Origin: Planctomycetota bacterium
Lineage (GTDB): Bacteria; Planctomycetota; UBA1135; UBA2386
DNA length: 64,000 bases
NCBI GenBank assembly: GCA_046290465.1
Contig: JBKAGP010000001.1
Location: 5,216,001 to 5,280,000, forward strand
Direction: 5' to 3'
The first letter of the stretch is position 1. Each line of letters begins with the position of its first letter. Under the pieces are notes generated by a model that made no database searches, had not been told where the DNA came from, and saw nothing but the letters and a program-made list of their open reading frames with translations. The translations under genes and the position numbers were made by a program. Positions 10,068-19,333 of this stretch are shown here, one piece after another.

Positions 10068-10231
10068 CGCGCGGGTCGCTCGATGCGATCGGGGGGACGC
10101 GAGATCCGGTGTTCTTCGAGCAGCGTCGACACGCGCCGGCTGCGTCGCCGCGATGGCACCGCCGGCAACCGGAACTGACGGCGAAGGCCCCAAGCTGCCG
10201 ATCCAGCGGGTAGCATCCTCAGCCCGCCGTC

Positions 10232-11356
10232 ATGAGCAAGATCGTCCGAGAGCTTCGCAACTACTACGCCGTCATCGCCGACCTCGCCAGCGAGGCCGAG
10301 GAGTGGACCAGTAAGCCCGGCTGGCTCGAGTTCGCGCCCAACAACGTCTGCAACCTGCGCTGCATCATGTGCCAGCAGGCAGACGGCCTGCCGGTTGAGG
10401 TGATGAAGAAGGGCGACGCGCTCGAACTGCTCGACGACGTGCTGCCCGACATGTCGCTGTGGACGCCGTCGGCGCTGTCGGAGCCGCTGCTCGCCGACTG
10501 GAAGACCGTGTTGAAGAAGTGCCGCGAGCACGAGGTGCACCTCAACATGTACTCCAACTGCACGCTGCTGACCGGCGAGAAGTTCGCCGAGATGTCGGAC
10601 CTCGTGCACAAGCTGTGGATCTCGTTCGACAGCTCCGACAAGCAGGTGTTCGAGATGCTGCGCGACCGCGCCAACTTCGAGACGGTCGTCGCCAACGTGA
10701 AGGAGATCCTGAAGATCGCGACCGAGCGGGGCGTGCCGGTCGGGTTCGTCGCCGTGCTGGTGAAGGACAACCTTGAGATCATGCACGAGCTGGTCGACTT
10801 CCTGAGCGACATCGGCGCGGTCGAGGCCGGCTGCGACCTTCGCGTTCAGCCGATGCTCGACAACGCGGTGCGCTGCCGCGACCAGAACGTGTTCGCGAGC
10901 TACAGCGAAGAGCAGATCTGTGCGGCCCTCGACAAGGCGTGCGAGCGCGCGCTCGAGCGCGGCCTGATCTTCCACGTCGACATGGACGATCCGTATCGTC
11001 GCGCCGTGCAGCCGCGCGCGCCGATGACGCGGCAGATCACCCCCGAGGTGATGTCGATCATGCTCGAGGAGGTCAAGGAGCGCTTCCCGCACTTCTGCTC
11101 GATGGCGAGCAACTACGTCAAGATCGAGCCCAACGGCGAGGTCTACCCGTGCTGCCGCGGCCCGCGCGAACTGCTGATGGGCAACGTCCACGAGAACTCG
11201 ATGGCCGAGATCTGGAACGGCGACAAGTACCGCGACTTCCGCCGCCGCATGAACGCCAAGGACTACCCCGAGGTCTGCAAGGGCTGCGACGTGCTGACCG
11301 CCAACCCGCACTTCGACAAGAAGTGGCTCGAGAGCAAGCAGCCGAGCGAGGACTGA
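10232..11356 (+). CDS. Radical SAM protein with SPASM/Twitch domain
   Basis: CNLRCIMC (CxxxCxxC); C-terminal C...GEVYPCC...GN...IWN...CKGC. Confidence 0.92.
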   Translation: MSKIVRELRNYYAVIADLASEAEEWTSKPGWLEFAPNNVCNLRCIMCQQADGLPVEVMKKGDALELLDDVLPDMSLWTPSALSEPLLADWKTVLKKCREHEVHLNMYSNCTLLTGEKFAEMSDLVHKLWISFDSSDKQVFEMLRDRANFETVVANVKEILKIATERGVPVGFVAVLVKDNLEIMHELVDFLSDIGAVEAGCDLRVQPMLDNAVRCRDQNVFASYSEEQICAALDKACERALERGLIFHVDMDDPYRRAVQPRAPMTRQITPEVMSIMLEEVKERFPHFCSMASNYVKIEPNGEVYPCCRGPRELLMGNVHENSMAEIWNGDKYRDFRRRMNAKDYPEVCKGCDVLTANPHFDKKWLESKQPSED

Positions 11357-11388
11357 TCCCTGCAGCTCGCGGCGCCTGGCCCGGCGTG

Positions 11389-11544
11389 CCGCATACCGAA
11401 CCGGGTTCATCCTGCGCCACTTGGCACCAGCGGAGGGAATGCGCCGACTCGACCGCAGCTTCGACTTCGCGCGTTCCGACCTCGCCGCAGGCCGTCACCG
11501 CCGGGGCGCCAAAAGGCGCAACTTGAACCCGGTTCGGTATGCGG
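11389..11544. mobile_element. MITE-like inverted-repeat element (156 bp)
   Basis: Perfect 21-bp terminal inverted repeat CCGCATACCGAACCGGGTTCA, imperfectly extending about 25 bp further; lies between convergent genes. Confidence 0.6.
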
Positions 11545-11553
11545 TGTTTGGGG

Positions 11554-11982
11554 TCAGGTGGCTTGTTCGGGGTGGGGGCAGCAGACTACGGGGACGGTGC
11601 TGTGTCGCATCAGTGCCGTCGCGACCGAGCCGACGCGGAGTCGTTCGAAGGCGGACTTGCCCTGGGAGCCGACGAACAGGTAGGCGCTGCCTTCGGCGGC
11701 CTTGACGATCGCGCCGGCGATGTCCTCGGCGTTGCGCACGTCGACCTTGCAGGGGACCGGCGCGCGGCGGGCGATCTCGTCGAGTGCCTCCTGCGCGCGG
11801 GCGATGTCGCCCGGCACGTCGTTGGCGAGGGCTGGTGCCAGCATCGGGTCGTGCACGACGTGCAGCAGCAGCACGCTGGCGGACATGGCCTCGGCCCACG
11901 TCATCGCGTGGTTGACGGCTACCAGGCCGGAGGTGGACAGGTCGGTCGCGACGCAGATCTGCACGCGCGCATTCTCGGCCAC
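11554..11982 (-). CDS. Universal stress protein
   Basis: VATDLS, LLHV, VGSQG, GSVATALMRHSTVPV. Confidence 0.92.
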   Translation of the reverse strand: MAENARVQICVATDLSTSGLVAVNHAMTWAEAMSASVLLLHVVHDPMLAPALANDVPGDIARAQEALDEIARRAPVPCKVDVRNAEDIAGAIVKAAEGSAYLFVGSQGKSAFERLRVGSVATALMRHSTVPVVCCPHPEQAT

Positions 11983-12025
11983 GCCGCGCGGCGCCGCCAG
12001 AGGCCTTCCGTCGGATCCGCGCAGT

Positions 12026-12676
12026 TCAGCCGAAGTTCCGCCACAGCACGATGCCGAGCACGAGCACCAGCACGATCAGGACGAACGTGCTGAAGCGCCT
12101 CGTCAGCAGGTCGAACGCGGGCTTGCCGAGCTTGTCGAGCAGGAAGACCGTCAGGTAGATGCGCGGGAAGCGGCTGGTGACCGACGCGAGCAGGAACACC
12201 CAGAAGTCGACCTTGTCGTGGCAGACGCCGGCAAACACCGTGAAGATCTTGTAGGGCAGCGGCGTGAAGCCGCCGAGCCACACCCACAGGAACGAGTTGT
12301 CGCCGTACCAGCCGCTGATGTCCTCGTACCATTCGGGCGTGAACCCGGGCACGTGTTCGAACGCGAACTCGCGCAGGCCGTGCTCCCACAGCCAGAAGCC
12401 GAGCCAGTAGCCGACGATGCCACCGAGCACCGACGACGCCGAACACCAGAACGCGTAGAACCAGCGCCGCGCCGGCCGCAGCAGGATCATCGGCACGTAC
12501 AGCACCTCCGGCAGGATCGGGCTGCAACACGCGTCCGCGAACGACAGCAGGCACATGAAGAACAGCGCGAAGCGGCTCTCGGCCAGCTTCGTCATGCGTC
12601 GCCGCCACCGCGCCTTGACGCGGCTCGGGAGCCTGCGCGGTCGCGGCTCGGAGGCTTCGTGGGCTGGGTCGTTCAC
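12026..12676 (-). CDS. YqaA/DedA (VTT domain) membrane protein
   Basis: SPILPEV, SVLGGIVGY, FTPLPYKIF motifs; start uncertain. Confidence 0.88.
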   Translation of the reverse strand: MNDPAHEASEPRPRRLPSRVKARWRRRMTKLAESRFALFFMCLLSFADACCSPILPEVLYVPMILLRPARRWFYAFWCSASSVLGGIVGYWLGFWLWEHGLREFAFEHVPGFTPEWYEDISGWYGDNSFLWVWLGGFTPLPYKIFTVFAGVCHDKVDFWVFLLASVTSRFPRIYLTVFLLDKLGKPAFDLLTRRFSTFVLIVLVLVLGIVLWRNFG

Positions 12677-12708
12677 GCGAGGTGCGGGTGGCCGCGCATC
12701 ACAACGGC

Positions 12709-13740
12709 TCAGTCGGCAAGTTGCCAGCGAATCGTCTGGCCCGCCTTCATGGGCACCAATCGCTCCGAACCGAACGGCAGATCTTCCGCGACCTGGTGTT
12801 CATCTCGAACCAACGTCACCTTGTCCGAATTGCGCGGCAGCCCGTAGAAGTCCGGGCCGCGCAGGCTCGCGAACGCCTCGAGCCGATCCAGCGCCCCGGC
12901 GTCCTCGAACGCTTCGGCGTACAGCTCGATCGCCGCGTGCGCCGTGTAGACACCGGCGCAGCCGCAGTCGCTCTCCTTGCGGCCGCGCGCGTGCGGCGCG
13001 CTGTCGGTGCCGAGGAAGAACCGCGGGTCGTCGCCGGTCGCGGCCGCGACCAGCGCCTCACGGTGGCGTTCGCGCTTGAGCACCGGCAGGCAGAACGCGT
13101 GCGGACGCAGGCCGCCGCGGAAGATCTCGTTGCGGTTCCACAGCAGGTGGTGCGCCGTGATCGTCGCGGCGACGCGCTCGCCGGCCTCGCGCACGAACGC
13201 GACCGCATCGGCGGTGGTCACGTGCTCGAGCACGATGCGCAGGCCCGGGAAGTCGCGGTGCAGGGGCGTCAGGTGCCGCTCTAGGAACACGCGCTCGCGG
13301 TCGAACACGTCGACGTCGGGATCGGTGACCTCGCCGTGCAGCAGCAGCGGCAGGTCGACGCGCTCCATCGCCGCGAGCGTCTGCCGCACTTTGCCCCAGT
13401 CGGTGACGCCGTTCTCCGAGTTGGTGGTCGCGCCGGCCGGGTAGAACTTGACCGCGTGCACGAAGCCGGACTGCCGGGCCTTCTCGATCTCCTCCGGCGG
13501 CGTGCTGTCGGTCAGGTAGAGCACCATCAGCGGTTCGAACGACGCGCCGGCCGGCACCGCCGCGAGGATGCGTTCGCGGTAGGCGGCGGCCTCGGCGACC
13601 GTGGTCACCGGCGGCTTGAGGTTGGGCATCACGATCGCCCGGGCGAACCGGCGGGCCGTATGCGGGACCACATCGGCAAGCACGTTGCCGTCGCGGAGGT
13701 GGAGGTGCCAGTCGTCGGGGCGCGTGATTTCCAGCTGCAT
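12709..13740 (-). CDS. pyrC: Dihydroorotase (E. coli-like homodimeric type)
   Basis: [46 protein letters not shown]; true start ATG 13740. Confidence 0.96.
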   Translation of the reverse strand: MQLEITRPDDWHLHLRDGNVLADVVPHTARRFARAIVMPNLKPPVTTVAEAAAYRERILAAVPAGASFEPLMVLYLTDSTPPEEIEKARQSGFVHAVKFYPAGATTNSENGVTDWGKVRQTLAAMERVDLPLLLHGEVTDPDVDVFDRERVFLERHLTPLHRDFPGLRIVLEHVTTADAVAFVREAGERVAATITAHHLLWNRNEIFRGGLRPHAFCLPVLKRERHREALVAAATGDDPRFFLGTDSAPHARGRKESDCGCAGVYTAHAAIELYAEAFEDAGALDRLEAFASLRGPDFYGLPRNSDKVTLVRDEHQVAEDLPFGSERLVPMKAGQTIRWQLAD

Positions 13741-13818
13741 GTCTCGAGGGGTGCCCGGGTGGGCGCGCGCGGGCTCGCGGGGGTAAGGTGATATAGGCAT
13801 CCCCCCGCCCCTGCACCC

Positions 13819-15180
13819 ATGCTCCGACATCTCTTTGCGCTGATCTCCTCGTTCGTCGTGTTTGCCGCCTGCAGCGGCGGTGGCTCCAGCGGCACCGCCG
13901 ACGTGCAGACGACCGGACGGGTCGTCGTGGTGGTCGATACGCGCGCGGGCGACGAGGCGCTGGTGCAGTTCCTGGTCGCGGGCGTGACGCTCGAACGCGC
14001 CGACGGCAGCCAGACCGACAACCTGCTGGCGAGCCCGGCGCAGGTGACGTTCGGCGATCCGGCCGGCGAGCCGTGCGGGCTGCCGCTCGAACGCGTCGCC
14101 GGCGGCGAATACGTCGGCGTGCACGTCGTGCTGACGCCCTCGTCGGGCGTCGCGATCACCGACGACGGCGTGATGCCGTCGATCACCGCGCCGCTGTCGC
14201 TGTTCGCGCCGCTGGACGAACGGCTGGCACACGACGGCGTCGGCGACAGCTGGCTGGTCGTCGCCCACACGGTGGAGCCGCTGACGATCCAGGGCGCGAA
14301 CGCGACGTGGACGCCCGACATGGTCGGCCGCGCCTCCGGCGAGCCGGTCGGGCTCGACGGCCTCGTCGCGCCGGTCGTGCGCGACGACACGCTGTTCGTC
14401 ACCGCCTTCGGCGACCGCGCGCTGCGCTGCGGCGAGGACCGCGACACCGAGTACGTCGACGTCGACGGCTCGCGCCTCGATCGCCGCGAGTTCCTCGCCG
14501 GGCTGATCCCGGAGGACGTGTTCTGCGCGCGCGGGGCGCTGCGCCGCGACGGCACCTACGACCTGCGCCGCATCGAGCGTTGCCAGCGGCAGGTGCGGCC
14601 GCGGCTGATCGGCCACGTGCAGTCGGTCGATGCCGCCGAGCAGGCGTTCGTGCTGCGCGTGCAGGCGGCCAACGGCCCGTTCGGCTCGCTGCTGCTGCAG
14701 ACTCCCGAGGACGTGCTGGTGCGGGCCGGCAGCGCGCGCCTCGAACGACCGAACGGCCAGGCGATCCCGTTCTCGGCGATCACCGTCGGCCGCCTCGCCA
14801 AGGTGCGCTGGAGCTCGCGCGACCGGACCGTGCCGGGCCTGCCCGAATACGTCGCCGAGCTGGTGCAGGCGCCCGGCGCCGGCCACGGCATGCCGGCCCG
14901 CCAGTGGCAGGGCAACGTCGCGTCGGTCGACCTGGTCAACGAGGTGCTGGTGCTCGAGCCGCGCAACGGCCCGCTGATGGTGCAGGGCCAGAGCGTGTCG
15001 TCGATCGAGGTCCGCCTCGACGCCAACACCTACCTCGAGCGCCGCGCGGCGCAGGGCGGCGGCCGCTTCGCGATCTCGCTGTCCGAGGTGCAGCCGGGGC
15101 TCGACCGCGCCTGGGTGCGCGGCGTGGTCGTCGGGCCCGCGGCGATCGACGCCGCGTGGATCCGCGTGCGCGAGCAGTGA
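13819..15180 (+). CDS. Putative lipoprotein with repeated beta domains (DUF4382/DUF5666-like)
   Basis: Lipobox FAAC-SGGG; repeated G.V.SVD...F.L units. Confidence 0.6.
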   Translation: MLRHLFALISSFVVFAACSGGGSSGTADVQTTGRVVVVVDTRAGDEALVQFLVAGVTLERADGSQTDNLLASPAQVTFGDPAGEPCGLPLERVAGGEYVGVHVVLTPSSGVAITDDGVMPSITAPLSLFAPLDERLAHDGVGDSWLVVAHTVEPLTIQGANATWTPDMVGRASGEPVGLDGLVAPVVRDDTLFVTAFGDRALRCGEDRDTEYVDVDGSRLDRREFLAGLIPEDVFCARGALRRDGTYDLRRIERCQRQVRPRLIGHVQSVDAAEQAFVLRVQAANGPFGSLLLQTPEDVLVRAGSARLERPNGQAIPFSAITVGRLAKVRWSSRDRTVPGLPEYVAELVQAPGAGHGMPARQWQGNVASVDLVNEVLVLEPRNGPLMVQGQSVSSIEVRLDANTYLERRAAQGGGRFAISLSEVQPGLDRAWVRGVVVGPAAIDAAWIRVREQ

Positions 15181-15216
15181 TGGAGGCCGCGGCCGCCGTG
15201 CGCTAGGGTGGGCCGC

Positions 15217-16065
15217 GTGAGCGGCGACCTGCGCTTCGGCTTCTCCCCCTGCCCGAACGACACGTTCGCGTTCTGGGCCGCCGTGCACGGCGAGGTCGGG
15301 GACGACGTCGCCTTCGAGCCGGTGATGGGCGACATCGAGACGCTCAACGAACGCGCCGTCGCCGGCCGCGACCTGCTCGAGGTCACCAAGCTCAGCCTGC
15401 CGGCGTTGGCGCGCTGCATCGACGACTACGCGGTGCTGGCCAGCGGCGCGGCGCTCGGGTTCGGCTGCGGCCCGCTGGTGGTCGCGCGCGATGCCTCGGC
15501 GACGATCGACGGGCTCGCCGGTGCCCGCGTCGCGATCCCGGGGCAGCACACGACGGCGTTCCTGCTGATGTCGAGCCTGCTGCCGCAGCCGGCCGAAGTC
15601 GTCGCGATGCGCTTCGACGAGATCATGCCGGCGGTCGAACGCGGCGACTGCGACGCCGGCCTCGTGATCCACGAGAGCCGGTTCACCTATGCGGAGCACG
15701 GCCTGCGCGAGCTCGCCGACCTCGGCGTGCTGTGGGAGCAGGAGACCGGCGGCCCGCTGCCGCTCGGCATCATCGCGGCGCGTCGCGACCTCGACGATGC
15801 GACCTTCGCCGCCGTCGAGCAGGCGCTGCGCGCGTCGGTGCGGTTTGCGCAGGCGCACCCAGAACGGCCGCGCGCCTGGATCCGCCAGCACGCCCAGGAG
15901 ATGGCCGACGAGGTCTGCGATCGGCACATCGCGCTCTACGTCAACGAATGGAGCGTCGACCTGGGCGCCGCCGGCCGCCGCGCGATCGACGAACTGCTGC
16001 GGCGCGGGCGAGATGCCGGGTTGTTGCCGGCGGGGGGCTCGGCCTATCGGACCGACGCGTCATGA
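15217..16065 (+). CDS. mqnD: 1,4-dihydroxy-6-naphthoate synthase (futalosine menaquinone pathway)
   Basis: [43 protein letters not shown]. Confidence 0.93.
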   Translation: MSGDLRFGFSPCPNDTFAFWAAVHGEVGDDVAFEPVMGDIETLNERAVAGRDLLEVTKLSLPALARCIDDYAVLASGAALGFGCGPLVVARDASATIDGLAGARVAIPGQHTTAFLLMSSLLPQPAEVVAMRFDEIMPAVERGDCDAGLVIHESRFTYAEHGLRELADLGVLWEQETGGPLPLGIIAARRDLDDATFAAVEQALRASVRFAQAHPERPRAWIRQHAQEMADEVCDRHIALYVNEWSVDLGAAGRRAIDELLRRGRDAGLLPAGGSAYRTDAS

Positions 16066-17189
16066 CGTTCCCGCTGCTCGCCGCCCTGGTCCTCACGCTG
16101 CCGACGGTCGCGCTGGCGCTGGTCGTCGGCCTGGTGCTGTGGCTGCTGCGCAAGCCGCAGCGGCGCTACTGGCGGTTCGTCGGCTGGTTGCACCTGGCGC
16201 TGTTCCCGCTCTACCTGTTCGTGGTGTTCCCGGCCGCGCTCGGCTACGTCGGTTCGCGCGTGATCGGCACGCGCGGCGACGAGCGCAGCTATCGCGGGCC
16301 GCGGGTGCTCGGCAACGGCGAGCTGCAGCTGCAGAGCAAGCGCACGCTGCGGCAGGAAAGCGCCGCGGGCGGCCCCGAGTTCCCGGACGACGTGCTGGCC
16401 GCCGTCGAGCAGCGGCGGCACTCGGTGCCGACGCGCGACGGCGTGGTGATCCGCGCCTACCGGATCGAGCCGATCGAGGCCGAGCCCGCGTTCGTCGCGG
16501 TGCTCGTGCACGGCATGTTCCGTTCTTCGATGGAGCTCGAGCCGGTCGCCAGGATGCTGCGCCGGCGCGGCGGGGAGTGCTGGCTGATGGACCAGTGCAA
16601 CCACGGCGGCAGCAGCCGCGCGCCGTTCACCGGCGGCCTGCGCGAGAGTGACGACGTGGTCGCGGTGGTCGACTACGTGCGCGGCCAGCCCGGCCTGGCC
16701 GACAAGCCGCTGGTGATGTTCGGCGTCAGCCTCGGCACGATCGCGGTGACGCTGGCCCTGCCGCGCATCGACGACGTCGCCGGGGTCGTGCTCGACGCAC
16801 CGATCGACGACCTGACCGCGGCCGCGCACCGGATGATGACCTTCGACCGGCCGGGGGATCGCCGCTCGTCGTTCTACATGATCGAGCCGTGGCGCTCGCT
16901 GATCCTGACCGCGCTCGGCATGTGGTCCGGCTTCTCGACGTCCGACGTGCGTCCGATTGAGGTCGTCGCGACGCTGCCGCACGACTTGCCGGTGCTGGTC
17001 ATCGGCGAAGGCCTCGACGATCGCGCTCCGCCGCGCACCGTCGAGAACGTCTACAACCGCATGCCGCAGCACAAGGGCGTCAAGGTGCTCTGGCAGGTCC
17101 AGAACGTCGGCCACGGCAAGGCGTTTCTCGAGCAGCCGGCCGCCTACGACGAGGCGCTCGGCCGGTTGCTCGATCGCCTGCGTCGTTAG
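16062..17189 (+). CDS. Membrane-anchored alpha/beta hydrolase
   Basis: Two N-terminal TM helices, VHG, HGGS, GVSLG nucleophile, Asp and GH triad residues; ATGA overlap with mqnD. Confidence 0.85.
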   Translation: MTFPLLAALVLTLPTVALALVVGLVLWLLRKPQRRYWRFVGWLHLALFPLYLFVVFPAALGYVGSRVIGTRGDERSYRGPRVLGNGELQLQSKRTLRQESAAGGPEFPDDVLAAVEQRRHSVPTRDGVVIRAYRIEPIEAEPAFVAVLVHGMFRSSMELEPVARMLRRRGGECWLMDQCNHGGSSRAPFTGGLRESDDVVAVVDYVRGQPGLADKPLVMFGVSLGTIAVTLALPRIDDVAGVVLDAPIDDLTAAAHRMMTFDRPGDRRSSFYMIEPWRSLILTALGMWSGFSTSDVRPIEVVATLPHDLPVLVIGEGLDDRAPPRTVENVYNRMPQHKGVKVLWQVQNVGHGKAFLEQPAAYDEALGRLLDRLRR

Positions 17190-17271
17190 GAGCGCGTCCA
17201 TGACGTGGACGCGCTGCCAACCGTGATCGCGGAAGCGGCGTGTACGCTGCGGACGGGGCTTTGCCCGTCAG
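17186..17271. repeat. Dispersed ~85-bp hairpin repeat, copy 1
   Basis: Near-identical to 52369-52455 and 57623-57709; 10-bp stem AGCGCGTCCA/TGGACGCGCT. Confidence 0.9.
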
Positions 17272-17283
17272 GCGGCGCTGCGC

Positions 17284-18102
17284 CTACGCCAGCCGCTCCA
17301 GTCGCCGCGCCAGGTCGTGCTGCGGCCACGGCGTGCTCGGCCGCAGCTTGCCGAGGTTGCCGTGCATCAGCGGGTGGTCGACCCTGGGGGACGGCAGTTC
17401 GAGCCAGGCGCGCACGTTGAGGATCGCGAGCACCTCGAGCGGGTAGAGGCGACAGGCCGGGTCGTCGAAGTCGGCGCCGCTGCCGCGCGCCTGCTGCAGG
17501 TGGCGGTCGAGCACGTCGGCGAGCGCGCGCGACAGCAGCCGTTGGTCGCCGTTCCAGTGCTGCATGACCTCCTCGTAGTCGCCCAGCCGCGACGAACGGT
17601 TGACCCGCCGGCCGGCGCGCAGCGCCAGCAGTTCGCGCGTGAAGAACGGCAGGCTGTCCTGCTCGGAGAACGCGATGTCGGGCAGGCCGAGCAACCACTC
17701 GTAGAGCGGCTCGGCGCCCGGGTCGTGCAGGGACAGTCCCAGCAGCGAGGTCCAGGCGCCGTGCAGCAGAGAGAACGGCAGCCGCACCTTCTCGCCGCGG
17801 CGACCGCGCTGCGCGACCGGCGCGGCTGCGCGCGCCAGCAGCGACGCGCGCCGCAGCGTCTGGCCCTGGCGCGCCTCGTCGAAGCCGCCGGCGTCGCCGT
17901 CGAGCAGCCGGTGCATGCCGTGGCCGAGGTGCCAGGTGCCGAGCATCCAGCCGGCGACGTGGGCCTGGACGCGACGGGTCGCGTCGGCGAGGCCGCGCCG
18001 GAGCTGCGTCTCCTGGTCGTCGCGCAGGAACTTGACGTTGCCTGGGCGCTGGGCCCACTCCTGCAGGTTGCGGCGGAGGGAGGTGATGGTGGCGAGGGAC
18101 AT
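17284..18102 (-). CDS. Hypothetical helical protein, possibly a polymorphic-toxin immunity protein
   Basis: Host-like codon usage; C-terminal DF...YPLEVLA...R..L.LP.P.VDHPL resembles immunity-type proteins (from memory, unverified). Confidence 0.6.
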   Translation of the reverse strand: MSLATITSLRRNLQEWAQRPGNVKFLRDDQETQLRRGLADATRRVQAHVAGWMLGTWHLGHGMHRLLDGDAGGFDEARQGQTLRRASLLARAAAPVAQRGRRGEKVRLPFSLLHGAWTSLLGLSLHDPGAEPLYEWLLGLPDIAFSEQDSLPFFTRELLALRAGRRVNRSSRLGDYEEVMQHWNGDQRLLSRALADVLDRHLQQARGSGADFDDPACRLYPLEVLAILNVRAWLELPSPRVDHPLMHGNLGKLRPSTPWPQHDLARRLERLA

Positions 18103-18254
18103 CGAGAGGCCGGTCGACTTCAGCGGTTGGCGGGCGGTGACGGCTCGGGTGCGTCCAGCGACGTAGCGCGACTGTGAGCGGTTGCGGCGATCGTTCGTAG
18201 TTCGATCGGGCCGCACGGCGTGTACCGCTTCGAATCGGCTCGGTTGCGGCGGCG

Positions 18255-18270
18255 GAAATCGCGAGATTTC
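18255..18270. promoter_or_regulatory. AT-rich palindrome GAAATC-N4-GATTTC, candidate operator
   Basis: Perfect 6-bp arms in a divergent intergenic region of a very GC-rich genome. Confidence 0.35.
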
Positions 18271-18739
18271 TCGGCGTGCTGCGCTGCCCGGTCGGCGCAT
18301 CCAGGAACGCCGTCGTAGGGGCTTCTACCTGCGGGTTGCCCCGCAGAGCTTGCGGTCTGGAGCGCGTTCGGGGGCCAGAACTGCGGGATACTGCCTACGG
18401 GGGATGTCACTGCGGGAAGCACCTTACGACCTTCGGCGGGGAATGCGCGTTGCCACCTGGGCCGAATGTGGGGGTGCGCCGGCGCATTCGTGCCGAGCGC
18501 CGACCAACAGCGATGCAACATCCACAGTCGATACCCGGTAGTTCGAGGCGTGGCAGCCTTCGGCGCCGGAGCCGTGCGCAGTTGGTCGGAGGGGATGTTC
18601 TGGTGGGGGTTCCACCGAGATGAGCTCGGATCGCGGATTGCACACCCTGGTTGCGTCCGGGGGGCATGTCGGTGCCCACGCGGGGCTGCTCTCAAGCGCT
18701 CTGGCTGACCAGCCCGATGCGCAGCGACGGAGTGACCCC

Positions 18740-19315
18740 ATGAGCATCTCGAACCACATCGTTGCCCTGCAAGACATGCTCGACGAGTGGCGCCAGCTCG
18801 GATCGAAGCTGCTGCCGAACGGAGTCGAGTTGATCGGCCAGCTGGGTTCCGAGGACAGCTGGATGCACGCCGTCTATCCGTCGCTGTTGCTGGAGGACGT
18901 CGGTGACCTCGAGGCGGATCTCGGCAGGTCGCTGCCGAACGGCTACCGGACGTTCCTCAAGGGCTGCGGCGGGCTGATCTGCTTTGGCGGACTGTTCACG
19001 CTCTACCCGTATCGGGGGGTCGGACCGCTCGACAGCTCGCTGTCGACAGCCGGTGAGGGCCTGGTCCGCGTCAACCAGCTGTTGTCGGGCGCCAGCTGGA
19101 TGCCGAGCGACGCGATCGCCATCGCGACCAACGCGCTCGATGGTTCGGTGCAGGTCGTCGGCATGGGCGACAACCCGGAAGAGGTGGTGCGGTGCGACCC
19201 GCGTGACGGCGATGTCATCGAGCGGCACGAGCACGTGTTCGCGTGCGTGAGCGATCGCCTGACGCGATCCGATCGCCGGTTCTTCCCCGACCTCTGTGAC
19301 GTGTCCCCGACCTGA
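18740..19315 (+). CDS. SMI1/KNR4 (SUKH) family protein
   Basis: LEADLGRSLPNGYRTFLKGCGG core; GGAG SD before ATG 18740. Confidence 0.75.
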   Translation: MSISNHIVALQDMLDEWRQLGSKLLPNGVELIGQLGSEDSWMHAVYPSLLLEDVGDLEADLGRSLPNGYRTFLKGCGGLICFGGLFTLYPYRGVGPLDSSLSTAGEGLVRVNQLLSGASWMPSDAIAIATNALDGSVQVVGMGDNPEEVVRCDPRDGDVIERHEHVFACVSDRLTRSDRRFFPDLCDVSPT

Positions 19316-19333
19316 TCCCCCATCCCCTAGACC

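Noticed and set aside
8986..11544. tRNA-Gly as attachment site of a genomic island
   Set aside because: No integrase and no duplicated tRNA 3' end seen in the window
12709..15927. 1072-aa ORF as a giant PyrC fusion
   Set aside because: The extension is antisense to two real genes; PyrC starts at 13740
18103..18739. c-di-GMP riboswitch or sigma54 promoter upstream of the che operon
   Set aside because: No GEMM-type GGCAAA/GCAAAGC architecture; TGGCAG near 18551 lacks GG-N10-GC spacing
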